Origin: Candidatus Omnitrophota bacterium | Lineage (GTDB): Bacteria; Omnitrophota; Gorgyraeia; Zapsychrales; Zapsychraceae | Assembly: GCA_018812705.1 (NCBI GenBank) | Contig: JAHJCZ010000097.1 | Coordinates: 840-64,839, forward strand | Direction of reading: 5' to 3' | DNA length: 64,000 nucleotides | Part shown: in pieces, positions 32,532 to 41,995 of the stretch | Position numbering within the stretch: the first letter of the stretch is position 1 | How the letters are laid out: every line of letters starts with the position of its first letter | The notes under the pieces: model-generated | The model's database searches: none | Told to the model about the DNA's origin: nothing | What the model saw: the letters and a program-made list of their open reading frames with translations, nothing else | Position numbers and translations under genes: made by a program

Positions 32532-32559
32532 TTGACTATAAAAAGTCGTGTGATATAAT
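32532..32559 (+). promoter_or_regulatory. Sigma70 promoter of rpmH
   Basis: TTGACT-N16-TATAAT with extended TG, 9 nt before ATG. Confidence 0.75.
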
Positions 32560-32568
32560 CTACAAATT

Positions 32569-32706
32569 ATGAAAAAGAATTTAACTACACCTACAATAAT
32601 TAAAGGCAAAAGAAAGCATGGCTTTCGAAAAAGAATGCAAACAAGCGATGGTCAAGAAGTCCTTAACAGGCGCCGCGCTAAGGGTCGAAAACAATTAACC
32701 AAATAG
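32569..32706 (+). CDS. rpmH: 50S ribosomal protein L34
   Basis: Hand-translated [45 protein letters not shown]; divergent from dnaA. Confidence 0.96.
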   Translation: MKKNLTTPTIIKGKRKHGFRKRMQTSDGQEVLNRRRAKGRKQLTK

Positions 32707-32899
32707 GTACAAACAGGCTTAGAAGCTGTTTTTAAAAAACATTGTGTCGACCAATATTATGTTAAAAAGCATTATTTGCCAATTTAAACATACTTATTCA
32801 AACAGTTCCTCCTGCTTATCAAAGGCATTTTTGGAAAACAGGCAATAAGACTTTTTCTGTCTAAAAACTGTTAGACCTCAACAAGGATTATAACTAATT

Positions 32900-34543
32900 A
32901 TGGAAAAGAGATTTTTATTAGCTGTTATTTTGTCGTTCATGACATTGTATGCATGGCAAGTAGTATCACCAAAACCAGTAAAAGCACCAATTGCTATAAA
33001 TAAAACAGAAACTATTACAGCACAACAAGATAAGGACACCTCCCTTCTTTCTGACAATCAAAAAACAGTAACCTCTAATGAAAATGCATCCCTTTCAACC
33101 TCTGGAGCTGTGCTAAATAAGACAGTTGTAATTATTGAGGGTGAAAAGTTGGATCTTTCTATTTCGAACATAGGCGGTGTTCTAGATAGCGTCTTTATTA
33201 AAGAGTATGACGAAACGCTTCCGTTGACTAATATTGGGAGCGTTTTTGGCTTTGAAAACGTTGAGTTTGTTCTTAAAGAGCAAACAGCGCGAGCAATTTC
33301 TTACACATTCGAGGATGAGAATTATTTAATAAACAAAACATATACATTGTCGAAAGAGGATTATTCGGTTAAGATGGACATTTCAATTCAAGGGAAAAGC
33401 AAAATGTCCAATCTGTCTGAAATGGCAATCGGAGCATATACAATTGATATGTCCAGTTTGGACAATAATACAGGTAAGTTTGGTGGAGATGCTGAAAAAA
33501 ACAGGGATAAGTCATTAAATGAATATGTAGTTTATTCGACGAAGGAAATGTTGAGAAAAAATAATGCTTATAAATTTTCACCTAAAGACAGGGTGGTAAC
33601 ACAAGATAGTGTCAATTGGGTTGGTTTTAGAAATAGATATTACTGTGCTATATTCAAACCTTTGTTTGATACAAAAGGATTTTCTCTCAATCCTGTCGAC
33701 AAGGAAAGGTTAAAAGTTGAAATAGAGCCTTTGTCAGTTAAAGCAGAGAAAGAGCAACATGTTGCATATTCTTTTGTTTGTTATTTCGGCCCAGAAAAGT
33801 TAAATATTTTAAAAAAATTCGATTTGTCTTTTGAAAAAATCAGAAGATATTATCGTTTTGGTTTATTTGACACTATTGCAAAGTTTATACTTTCAATAAT
33901 GAATTTAATTTATAGCATTGTTCCAAATTGGGGTGTATGTATTCTTCTTATAAGTATTATTATTTATTTTTCTATGTATCCTTTAACTAAAAGATCAATG
34001 GTTTCAATGAAGAGAATGCAGGCAATGCAACCAAAGGTTAATGCGTTAAAAGAAAAATACAAAAATAATCCTCAGAAAATGAATGAGGAAATGATGAAAG
34101 TATATAAAGAGAACAAGATTAATCCTTTGGGGGGATGTTTGCCGATGTTGCTGCAAACGCCCGTTTTTATTGGCCTGTATCAGGTGTTGTGGCGTTCGGT
34201 TTCTCTAAAAGGAGCTAGTTTTTTATGGATTAAGGACTTATCTGCTCCGGATAGATTGTTTTTATTACCAAAAAGCTTTCCGATTATTGGCAATGAAATC
34301 AATATTTTGCCTCTAATAATGATGATAGTTATGTATTTTCAACAAAAATTATCAACACAGAATATGGCATCAGCAGATCCTGCGCAGATTGCTCAGCAAA
34401 AAATGATGAGTAAAATTTTCCCATTGTTTTTAGGTTTCATCTTTTATAAGTTTGCAAGTGGGTTGACATTGTATTTTACAATGTTTTATTTTTTCTCAAC
34501 GTTTACTCAGTGGAAAATGTCCAAAGAACCAAAGGTGGTATAA
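32900..34543 (+). CDS. yidC: Membrane protein insertase YidC
   Basis: MEKRFLLAVILS, INPLGGCLPMLLQ, FLWIKDLSAPD. Confidence 0.98.
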   Translation: MEKRFLLAVILSFMTLYAWQVVSPKPVKAPIAINKTETITAQQDKDTSLLSDNQKTVTSNENASLSTSGAVLNKTVVIIEGEKLDLSISNIGGVLDSVFIKEYDETLPLTNIGSVFGFENVEFVLKEQTARAISYTFEDENYLINKTYTLSKEDYSVKMDISIQGKSKMSNLSEMAIGAYTIDMSSLDNNTGKFGGDAEKNRDKSLNEYVVYSTKEMLRKNNAYKFSPKDRVVTQDSVNWVGFRNRYYCAIFKPLFDTKGFSLNPVDKERLKVEIEPLSVKAEKEQHVAYSFVCYFGPEKLNILKKFDLSFEKIRRYYRFGLFDTIAKFILSIMNLIYSIVPNWGVCILLISIIIYFSMYPLTKRSMVSMKRMQAMQPKVNALKEKYKNNPQKMNEEMMKVYKENKINPLGGCLPMLLQTPVFIGLYQVLWRSVSLKGASFLWIKDLSAPDRLFLLPKSFPIIGNEINILPLIMMIVMYFQQKLSTQNMASADPAQIAQQKMMSKIFPLFLGFIFYKFASGLTLYFTMFYFFSTFTQWKMSKEPKVV

Positions 34544-34750
34544 ATGGATGAAAACCTACCAAAGAGCATTGAAATAGAAGGAAGTACGGTAGAAGATGCT
34601 ATAAACAAGGCGCTAAAGCTTCTTAATGCAACTAGGGATGAAGTTTTGATTAAAATTGTTTGTGAAGAGAAGAAGGGCTTGTTTGGTATGGAGGGAGAGA
34701 AGCCCGCCAAGATAGTAGTGTCTATTAAAGAAAAAGATAAAAATGCTTGA
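34544..34750 (+). CDS. Stand-alone Jag N-terminal domain protein
   Basis: IEIEGSTVEDAI..AL..L...EEKKGLFG..PAKI; no KH/R3H domains. Confidence 0.85.
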   Translation: MDENLPKSIEIEGSTVEDAINKALKLLNATRDEVLIKIVCEEKKGLFGMEGEKPAKIVVSIKEKDKNA

Positions 34751-34842
34751 TATTTTTATCTTTTGTTGGAAAATATAAGAAGAATAGTTTAAACAGTAGT
34801 CCTTGCCATTATATAAAGTTTTCTTTCCGTAAAAAGAAATAT

Positions 34843-34858
34843 TGTTTCACGTGAAACG
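34843..34858. promoter_or_regulatory. parS site
   Basis: TGTTTCACGTGAAACG, 1 mismatch to the parS palindrome, upstream of parA. Confidence 0.92.
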
Positions 34859-34877
34859 GTATTACAATGTTTTTTAG

Positions 34878-34893
34878 TGTTCCACGTGAAACA
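34878..34893. promoter_or_regulatory. parS site
   Basis: TGTTCCACGTGAAACA matches consensus. Confidence 0.93.
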
Positions 34894-34937
34894 TTCCATA
34901 GGGCAAGCACTGAATAACACTCATATCAAAAAATCCT

Positions 34938-35777
34938 ATGTCAAAAATCATTTCAATTTGTAATCAAAAAGGCGGAACAGGTAAAACAACAACAACGGTA
35001 AATCTAGCATCGTCGCTAGCAGAGCTTGGCAAAAAAATATTAATTGTTGACTCGGATCCTCAGGGAAATGCAACTAGTGGGGTTGGGGTTAATAAGAATG
35101 AGCTAGACCGCTCTGTTTATGATCTTTTGCTGAACAAAGAGACGGCAAAGGATGTCATCCTGAACACAGCTTTTCCTAATTTGGACATTATTCCATGTAA
35201 TATTAATTTAACAGGAGCGGAAATAGAGCTTGTTGGTGTTTTCTCAAGAGAGACTAGATTAAAGAGAGCTCTTGATGAAGTGAAAAACGGTTATGATTTT
35301 ATTTTTATAGATTCACCACCGTCTTTAGGGTTATTAACACTGAACTCCTTGGTTGCAAGCGACTCTATCCTTATCCCTATCCAGTGTGAGTTTTATGCTC
35401 TTGAAGGGGTTTCACAACTTGTGAACACTATTAGGTTGATAAAAGAGAGTTTGAATGCAGAGCTAACCATTGAAGGAGTCCTTCTTACAATGGCTGATTA
35501 TAGAACAAATCTTACGGCAGAAGTTATTGGCGAAATTAAAGAGTATTTTAAAGAGAAGGTTTACAAGGCTGTAATTCCTAGAAATATTAGGTTGAGCGAG
35601 GCTCCTAGCCATGGAAAGCCTATTAATTATTATGAGAAATCTTCAGTAGGCGCAATCAAATATATGGAGTTAGCAAAGGAGCTACTACCAGAAGAATATG
35701 ATTCTAAACAGTTGGGAATAAACGACTTAGGTGAAGGCGCTACTGCTGCAGGTATTGCTGGGGAAGTGGAGCTATAG
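34938..35777 (+). CDS. parA: Chromosome partitioning ATPase ParA/Soj
   Basis: NQKGGTGKTT, DPQGNAT, IPIQCEFYALEG. Confidence 0.97.
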   Translation: MSKIISICNQKGGTGKTTTTVNLASSLAELGKKILIVDSDPQGNATSGVGVNKNELDRSVYDLLLNKETAKDVILNTAFPNLDIIPCNINLTGAEIELVGVFSRETRLKRALDEVKNGYDFIFIDSPPSLGLLTLNSLVASDSILIPIQCEFYALEGVSQLVNTIRLIKESLNAELTIEGVLLTMADYRTNLTAEVIGEIKEYFKEKVYKAVIPRNIRLSEAPSHGKPINYYEKSSVGAIKYMELAKELLPEEYDSKQLGINDLGEGATAAGIAGEVEL

Positions 35778-35819
35778 ACATTTAGATTGTTCAAAGAGTG
35801 AACAACATAAGGAGACGAG

Positions 35820-36686
35820 ATGCAAAATAGAGCATTGGGCAAGGGACTAGCCGCTTTAATTCCTGGAAAAGCTGAAACTGAGAATATTGCAGATTCTTCT
35901 TCGGTTGCGTATATAAAAACAGATTTAATCGTCAACAGTACTCAGCAACCTAGAAAGAATTATGGTAAAGAAGAATTAGATGAGCTAAAAGCCTCAATAA
36001 AGGAAAAAGGTGTTTTGCAGCCCATTCTTGTTAGAAAAAGGGATGCTTTTTATGAGGTTGTGGCTGGTGAGCGACGACTTAAGGCCGCAAGGGCTCTAAA
36101 CTTAACAGAGGTTCCTGTTTTAATCAAAAACGTTGATGATCAAGAAGCTTTTATTATAGCGCTCGTCGAGAATATCCAAAGAGAAGAGCTTAACCCGATC
36201 GAAGAAGCCTTGGCTTATCAAAAAATGATAGAAGACTTTAATTTTACTCAAGATGCCGTTGCTCGCTCAGTTGGTAAAGATCGCTCTACAGTAGGGAATA
36301 TATTGCGCTTATTGAAGTTGCCTCAAGAAATGCAAAAGAGTGTTTATGATGGTGATTTATCAGCTGGACATGCAAGGACCTTGCTAGGAGAGGTATCAGA
36401 AACTGAAAGAAAAAGATTATATGATCTGGTTTTGGAAAAAGGGTTGTCCGTAAGAGAGCTAGAGAATCTGATCAAAAAAGGAAACAAAGGTTCGTCCCGT
36501 AGAGATAAAAAAGCTATAGAAAGAAACCACGAGATCATTTCTCTTGAAGAGGATCTTCAAAGGGCCTTGGGTACAAAAGTTAGGGTCATGGCACAAAAAA
36601 AACGTGGAAAAATCATCATAGAATATTATTCTTTAGATGATCTTGATAGGTTGTTAAAAGTTCTTAAGAAACAGGAGAAAAGATGA
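35820..36686 (+). CDS. parB: Chromosome partitioning protein ParB/Spo0J
   Basis: LGKGLAALI, QPR, AGERRL, ENIQREELNP, HTH. Confidence 0.97.
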   Translation: MQNRALGKGLAALIPGKAETENIADSSSVAYIKTDLIVNSTQQPRKNYGKEELDELKASIKEKGVLQPILVRKRDAFYEVVAGERRLKAARALNLTEVPVLIKNVDDQEAFIIALVENIQREELNPIEEALAYQKMIEDFNFTQDAVARSVGKDRSTVGNILRLLKLPQEMQKSVYDGDLSAGHARTLLGEVSETERKRLYDLVLEKGLSVRELENLIKKGNKGSSRRDKKAIERNHEIISLEEDLQRALGTKVRVMAQKKRGKIIIEYYSLDDLDRLLKVLKKQEKR

Positions 36687-37504
36687 TAAAGGGAATGACG
36701 GGTTTTGGTTCAGCGCAGCTCGCTAAGGGAAAAAATAGAGCGACAGTTGAAATTAAAAGTGTTAATCATAGATATTTTGATACTAGCTATTATTTGCCGA
36801 CGGGATTTGCTTCTTTAGAGAACAAGATACGCCAGTTGTTGCAAAAAAGCATTCAGCGTGGCCGAATAACTCTTTCTGTTAGAATAACAAAAAAACCGGA
36901 TTCTGAAATAACGTTAAATAAAAATATTGCTAAAAATTATTTGAATTCTGCTCAAGTTCTGCAAAAGACCTTTAATCTTGACAATGATCTGAAGCTTTCA
37001 GATCTTATAAGATTACCGGGGGTTTTAGAGACAAATGAAGTTTTTGTTAAAGCAGAATCCATATGGCCTGAGTTGGAAAAAGGCATTGAAGTAGCGTTAA
37101 ACAACTTGATGGTCATGAGGAAAAAAGAGGGCAAGAGCCTGTCAGCTGATGTTGCAGATAAAGCAAAGAGAATGCTTGCGCAGGTGAAGACAATTAGAGC
37201 TAGAGCTGCAACAATTTTGAAGCAGAAAAAGAAAACAATGACGGTAGAAGAATTTAAATCATATCAAAAGAATATTGACATTGAAGAAGAGATAACAAGG
37301 CTCTCTCATTATATTTATGAAGTGAAGAGCCTTCTTAAAAGCACTGTTCCCGTCGGGAAAAAAATGGATTTTATTGCTCAAGAAATGCAGAGGGAAACGA
37401 ATACTATTGGATCAAAACTGCAGGATTCAGCTGTTTCAAATGCTGTAATTGCCTTGAAAAGCAAAATAGAAAAAATCAGAGAACAGTCTCAAAACATAGA
37501 GTAA
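36683..37504 (+). CDS. yicC: YicC/YloC family endoribonuclease
   Basis: MTGFG, EIKSVNHR, DFIAQEMQRETNTIGSK, IREQSQNIE. Confidence 0.93.
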   Translation: MIKGMTGFGSAQLAKGKNRATVEIKSVNHRYFDTSYYLPTGFASLENKIRQLLQKSIQRGRITLSVRITKKPDSEITLNKNIAKNYLNSAQVLQKTFNLDNDLKLSDLIRLPGVLETNEVFVKAESIWPELEKGIEVALNNLMVMRKKEGKSLSADVADKAKRMLAQVKTIRARAATILKQKKKTMTVEEFKSYQKNIDIEEEITRLSHYIYEVKSLLKSTVPVGKKMDFIAQEMQRETNTIGSKLQDSAVSNAVIALKSKIEKIREQSQNIE

Positions 37505-37511
37505 TTGAATA

Positions 37512-38084
37512 ATGAAATCGGGTATAATATTTATTATTTCCGGGCCTTCAGGCTCAGGAAAAACCACGCTGTGCGAAAAAGTCCTTAAAGATACCAATAT
37601 TAAGAAGAAGATCGCAAAGATGGTTTCTGTAACAACAAGGCAAAAAAGAGAAGGCGAGAAGTGTTGTCGTGATTATTTTTTTGTTAGCAATAAAATGTTC
37701 TTATATAAAAAAAGAAGCGGCCACTTTTTAGAAGCGAAAAAAGTTTTTGATAATTATTATGGTACCCCAAAGAGAGCCGTAAAAGAACGGCTTAAAAAGG
37801 GCAAGGATGTTTTATTGTGCATTGATGTTAAAGGGGCTAAGGATGTTTTAAAAGTTTTTCCTGCCGCTGTAACTATATTTGTGAACACCCCTTCTTTTTC
37901 AGATCTGAAAAACCGGTTGGTAAGCAGGGGCTCTGAAAGCAAAAAAACTACGGAGTTGAGGCTTAAAATCGCAAAAAGTGAGATGAAAGAAGAAAAAAAT
38001 TATAAATATATTGTTATTAATGATAAGCTGAGCAAGGCTACAAAGGAATTAGAAGAAATAATGCTTGCAGAACTTGGCGCTTAA
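37512..38084 (+). CDS. gmk: Guanylate kinase
   Basis: SGPSGSGKTT, TTR..R.GE, YYGTP. Confidence 0.96.
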   Translation: MKSGIIFIISGPSGSGKTTLCEKVLKDTNIKKKIAKMVSVTTRQKREGEKCCRDYFFVSNKMFLYKKRSGHFLEAKKVFDNYYGTPKRAVKERLKKGKDVLLCIDVKGAKDVLKVFPAAVTIFVNTPSFSDLKNRLVSRGSESKKTTELRLKIAKSEMKEEKNYKYIVINDKLSKATKELEEIMLAELGA

Positions 38085-38308
38085 AGAGCCTTGAATCTGG
38101 ATAGAACTGTAAGCTGTAGAAAGTAATTGAGTTAAAAGAAATTTTTGTAAAAAACAAGAATTTTTCAGTGGAAAAGTTTTTTTTGACATATCTAGCAACA
38201 TATGATATATAAATAGCCCTGTATTAGTATAATAATAAGGGCTTTTTTTGTTGAATTCTATATAAAGAAAGATTTATTTAACTATAAAAAGAGAGGCGGA
38301 AGTGTAAC

Positions 38309-38554
38309 ATGCTAAGATCAACAGTTGAGAAATTATTGCCAAGATCAAATTGGAGTATTTATAAGCTCTCAAGAATGGCGGCTACTCGCGCACTTGAACT
38401 TGCAGATGGTAAAAGAAAATTAGTTGATTTAACGACGGATAAACTGACGTCCATTGCTTTGCAGGAAATAGCTGAAGGTAAGATTGAATTGAAAGAAGCT
38501 GTTGGAAACGCTCCTGCCGGAAACGAGAAAGCTGAAGAAGAAACTGAAGAATAG
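38309..38554 (+). CDS. rpoZ: RNA polymerase omega subunit
   Basis: IYKL...AATRALEL...KLTSIALQEIAEGKI; gmk-rpoZ-coaBC synteny. Confidence 0.9.
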   Translation: MLRSTVEKLLPRSNWSIYKLSRMAATRALELADGKRKLVDLTTDKLTSIALQEIAEGKIELKEAVGNAPAGNEKAEEETEE

Positions 38555-39099
38555 TGGCTAAACAAAAGATAGTAATCCTAGGTATTACCGGAAGCATTGC
38601 GGCATATAAAGCTGGAGATATTATTAGGAGATTAAAGGATCAAGGCTTTAGAGTCGTTCCCGTAATGACAAAGGGAGCTCTGCAGTTTATTACTCCTTTA
38701 ACATTATCAAGTCTCTCTGAAGAAAAAGTTTACAGCGATATGTTCTCAGGAAGAGTTGACTCCTGGGAAATTGAGCATATTGATCTAGCAAGGCAAGCGG
38801 ATATTCTATTGATCGCTCCGGCGACAGCGAATATAATTGGTAAGATTGCGAATGGAATCGCAGATGATTTGTTGACGGCCGTTTCGATGGCTACAAAGGC
38901 TCCAATATTGATTGCACCGGCAATGAACACTCACATGTATGAGAACAAGATATTGCAGGAAAATTGCACAAAATTAAAGAAATATGGCGTCAGCTTTGTG
39001 GATCCGATAAAAGGAAAATTAGCTTGCGGAGATATTGGTAAAGGGCATTTGGCGAGTGTTGACAATATTGTGAAGAAAGTCATTCAGATAGTTAAATAA
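38554..39099 (+). CDS. coaC: Phosphopantothenoylcysteine decarboxylase (CoaC half only)
   Basis: LGITGSIAAYKA, HI.LA, APATANIIGK, APAMN, LACGDIGKG; ends before CoaB domain. Confidence 0.93.
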   Translation: MAKQKIVILGITGSIAAYKAGDIIRRLKDQGFRVVPVMTKGALQFITPLTLSSLSEEKVYSDMFSGRVDSWEIEHIDLARQADILLIAPATANIIGKIANGIADDLLTAVSMATKAPILIAPAMNTHMYENKILQENCTKLKKYGVSFVDPIKGKLACGDIGKGHLASVDNIVKKVIQIVK

Positions 39100-39104
39100 A
39101 GTTT

Positions 39105-39175
39105 GGCGTGGTGGCCGAGGGGTTAGGCAGTGGTCTGCAAAACCATGCACACCGGTTCAAATCCGGTCCGCGCCT
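39105..39175 (+). tRNA. tRNA-Cys(GCA)
   Basis: GGCGTGG...GTGGT-CTGCAAA-ACCAT...GGTTCAAATCC...CCGCGCC-T. Confidence 0.95.
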
Positions 39176-39206
39176 TTTTTAAGATTATTTGTTTTTTTAT
39201 TTTTTT

Positions 39207-39289
39207 GGGCAAGTGGTGGAATGGCATACACGTTGGACTTAAAATCCAATGGCCGTAAGGTCGTGTGGGTTCGACTCCCACCTTGCCCA
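39207..39289 (+). tRNA. tRNA-Leu(TAA)
   Basis: GGGCAAG...TTGGA-CTTAAAA-TCCAA, long variable arm, GGTTCGACTCC. Confidence 0.96.
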
Positions 39290-39314
39290 TATATATTTTA
39301 GCAAGGAATGCTTT

Positions 39315-39391
39315 GGGCCCATAGCTCAGTTGGTTAGAGCGCTTCCTTGACGTGGAAGAGGTCAGGGGTTCGAACCCTCTTGGGCCCACCA
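39315..39391 (+). tRNA. tRNA-Val(GAC)
   Basis: GGGCCCA...CTTCC-TTGACGT-GGAAG...GGTTCGAACCC...TGGGCCC-ACCA. Confidence 0.97.
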
Positions 39392-39437
39392 GGACTAAAA
39401 GGGACAGAGTTTCTTTGACTAAAGCTTATAAAACAAA

Positions 39438-41171
39438 ATGAAAACATACACGGCATTAGATATTTTAAGGCACAGTTGTGCTCATGTTATGGCTCAAGCA
39501 GTAAAAAATCTTTGGCCAGAAACTAAAGTTGCTATCGGCCCTCCGATTGAAAATGGTTTTTATTATGATTTTGATAAACCAGAACCATTTACGAACAAGG
39601 ACCTGAAAAGCATTGAAAAACAAATGCGAAAGATCGTTAGCAAAAAACAAGCATTTGTAAAATCTATAATTTCTAGACAGGATGCTATAGAGCTCTTTGA
39701 AAAACAAAATGAGACTTATAAAGTAGAATTGATAAGAGATCTTCCCCAAGAGGTGGAAGTTTCTCTTTATACAACAGGTGAGGACTTTGTTGATCTTTGT
39801 AAGGGCCCTCATGTAGAAAACACTTCCCAGATACAAGCTTTTAAGCTGCTTTCTGTTGCTGGAGCATATTGGAGAGGAGATGTGTCTCGCCCTATGCTAC
39901 AACGTATTTATGGAACATGTTTTTTTACAGATGAAGAATTAAAAGCGCATCTTTCTCTGTTAGAGGAAGCAGAAAAAAGAGATCATAGAAAACTGGGAAC
40001 ACAGCTGGAGCTTTTTCATATTTATCATGATGAAGCAGGCGCAGGATTGGTTTTTTACCATCCTAATGGAGCGATGCTAAAAAAGATAATCGAAGATTAC
40101 TCTAAAGAGAAGCATTTAAAAAGTGGATATGAACTGATAACAACACCAAATATCCTAAAAGGAAAGCTTTGGGATCAGAGTGGCCATTCAGATTTTTATA
40201 GAGAGAACATGTATTATTTTCAGGTTGATGAAGAAGAGTATGCTGTTAAACCGATGAATTGCCCGGGACACATGTTAATTTATAAATCTAAGATTCGTTC
40301 TTATAGGGATCTTCCTATTAGATATTTTGAGCTTGGAACAGTATATCGTCAAGAAAAGGCAGGAGTGTTGCATGGCCTTTTACGCGTTAGAGGATTTACG
40401 CAAGATGATGCGCATATATTTTGTACGCCAGGTCAATTAAAAGAAGAGATTAAGAGCGTTATCGAGTTTGTTTTTGAAACAATGAAAGATTTTGGTTTTG
40501 ACAAGTGGGAAATAGAAGTAAGCACAAAGCCGGAAAAATACATTGGCCAGGATGATGATTGGATAAATGCGACCGATGCCCTTGAAATGTCTTTAAAGGA
40601 AAAAGGGATAGAGTATCAAATTAATGAAGGAGATGGAGCTTTTTACGGGCCCAAGATAGATATTAAGCTGAAGGATGCAATTGGGCGCTCATGGCAATGC
40701 GCGACGATACAATGTGATTTTTCTTTGCCCGAGAGGTTTGATTTGACTTATATGGGACCTGAAGGACAGTATCTTCGACCTGTTATGCTACATCGTGCTG
40801 TTTTTGGCAGCGTTGAGAGATTTTTTGGAACATTGATCGAGCACTATGGAGGGGCCTTTCCTGTTTGGCTTGCGCCTAAGCAAGTTGTTATAATTCCGAT
40901 AGCGGAACAGCACAAAGAGTTTGCTATAAAAATAAAAGAATACTTACAGAATGCGGGTTTACGAGTTATAATTGATGAAAGAAATGAAAGCTTGAACAAG
41001 AAAATAAGGGAAGGAACTGTTAAAAAGACCCCTTATTTGATTATTGTTGGAGACAAAGAAGTGGCAGACAAGATATTGTCTGTAAGGCAATATGGTCAAG
41101 GAGAGACAGGAACAGTCACACAAGAAGAATTTCTTGAGCAGGTATTAGTTAGAATTAAAGAAAAAAATTAA
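39438..41171 (+). CDS. thrS: Threonyl-tRNA synthetase (short N-terminus)
   Basis: RHSCAH, DLCKGPH, KPMNCPGH, GAFYGPKID. Confidence 0.98.
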   Translation: MKTYTALDILRHSCAHVMAQAVKNLWPETKVAIGPPIENGFYYDFDKPEPFTNKDLKSIEKQMRKIVSKKQAFVKSIISRQDAIELFEKQNETYKVELIRDLPQEVEVSLYTTGEDFVDLCKGPHVENTSQIQAFKLLSVAGAYWRGDVSRPMLQRIYGTCFFTDEELKAHLSLLEEAEKRDHRKLGTQLELFHIYHDEAGAGLVFYHPNGAMLKKIIEDYSKEKHLKSGYELITTPNILKGKLWDQSGHSDFYRENMYYFQVDEEEYAVKPMNCPGHMLIYKSKIRSYRDLPIRYFELGTVYRQEKAGVLHGLLRVRGFTQDDAHIFCTPGQLKEEIKSVIEFVFETMKDFGFDKWEIEVSTKPEKYIGQDDDWINATDALEMSLKEKGIEYQINEGDGAFYGPKIDIKLKDAIGRSWQCATIQCDFSLPERFDLTYMGPEGQYLRPVMLHRAVFGSVERFFGTLIEHYGGAFPVWLAPKQVVIIPIAEQHKEFAIKIKEYLQNAGLRVIIDERNESLNKKIREGTVKKTPYLIIVGDKEVADKILSVRQYGQGETGTVTQEEFLEQVLVRIKEKN

Positions 41172-41187
41172 TCGAGGAGGTGTAATT

Positions 41188-41706
41188 ATTCAAAAATTTA
41201 TACGAATAAATGAACGAATCAGGGCTTCAGAAGTTAGAGTTATCGGTCCTGATGGAGAGCAGCTAGGAGTAGTAGTAATTAAAAGAGCGGTAGATCTGGC
41301 AAAAGAACATGAATTAGATTTAGTTGAAATTGCTCCAACAGCAAAGCCTCCTGTTTGTAGAATAATGGATTACAGTAAGTACAAATATGATCAAGAGAAA
41401 AAAGAGAGAAAGGTCAAGAAGAACCAGCACGTTACGCATTTAAAACAGATCAGATTAAAGCCACATATTGGAGAAAGCGATTATCAGATAAAATTAAAGC
41501 AGGCGATCGGGTTCTTAGGCAAGAAAGATAAAGTTAAGATAAATATGATGTTTCGTGGACGAGAAATGATGCACAGGGATTTAGGAAAAGATATTATTGA
41601 CAGAATGGTAGTTGATATGAAAGAGTTCGGGGTTCCGGAAACTTCTCCTTCTATGGAAGGCAAAACGATGTATGTTGTTTTGAATCCGCATTCTGAGAAA
41701 AGTTAA
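41188..41706 (+). CDS. infC: Translation initiation factor IF-3 (ATT start)
   Basis: GGAGGTG RBS then ATT CAA AAA TTT ATA CGA ATA AAT GAA CGA ATC (RINERIRASEVRVIGPDGEQLG), in frame with track ORF 41365-41706. Confidence 0.95.
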   Translation: MQKFIRINERIRASEVRVIGPDGEQLGVVVIKRAVDLAKEHELDLVEIAPTAKPPVCRIMDYSKYKYDQEKKERKVKKNQHVTHLKQIRLKPHIGESDYQIKLKQAIGFLGKKDKVKINMMFRGREMMHRDLGKDIIDRMVVDMKEFGVPETSPSMEGKTMYVVLNPHSEKS

Positions 41707-41797
41707 ATTGAATTAAAATTGTTATACAATATTACATTACAAGACAAGGATGTTCTTGTTATTTTTGAATAAATGAGAAGTTGAGAAAGGAAAAGAA

Positions 41798-41995
41798 ATG
41801 CCAAAGTTGAAAACCAACCGGTCAGCTGCAAAACGGTTTAAGATTACAAAATCTGGAAAATTAAAAAAGCGTAGTGCAAACAGGGGCCATGTTCTAGGAA
41901 AAATGACTAGAAAAAGAAAACGTAATTTACGTAAAAGCAGCTATGTCTCTGACGCAGATGTAAAGAAAATAAGGAGGTTGTTGCCATATGGTTAG
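41798..41995 (+). CDS. rpmI: 50S ribosomal protein L35
   Basis: MPKLKTNRSAAKRFKITKSGK. Confidence 0.98.
   Translation: MPKLKTNRSAAKRFKITKSGKLKKRSANRGHVLGKMTRKRKRNLRKSSYVSDADVKKIRRLLPYG

Noticed and set aside
32427-32609. 60-aa minus-strand ORF
   Set aside because: Overlaps the rpmH promoter and gene on the opposite strand; no homology signal.
39123-39389. 88-aa minus-strand ORF
   Set aside because: Antisense translation of three tRNA genes.
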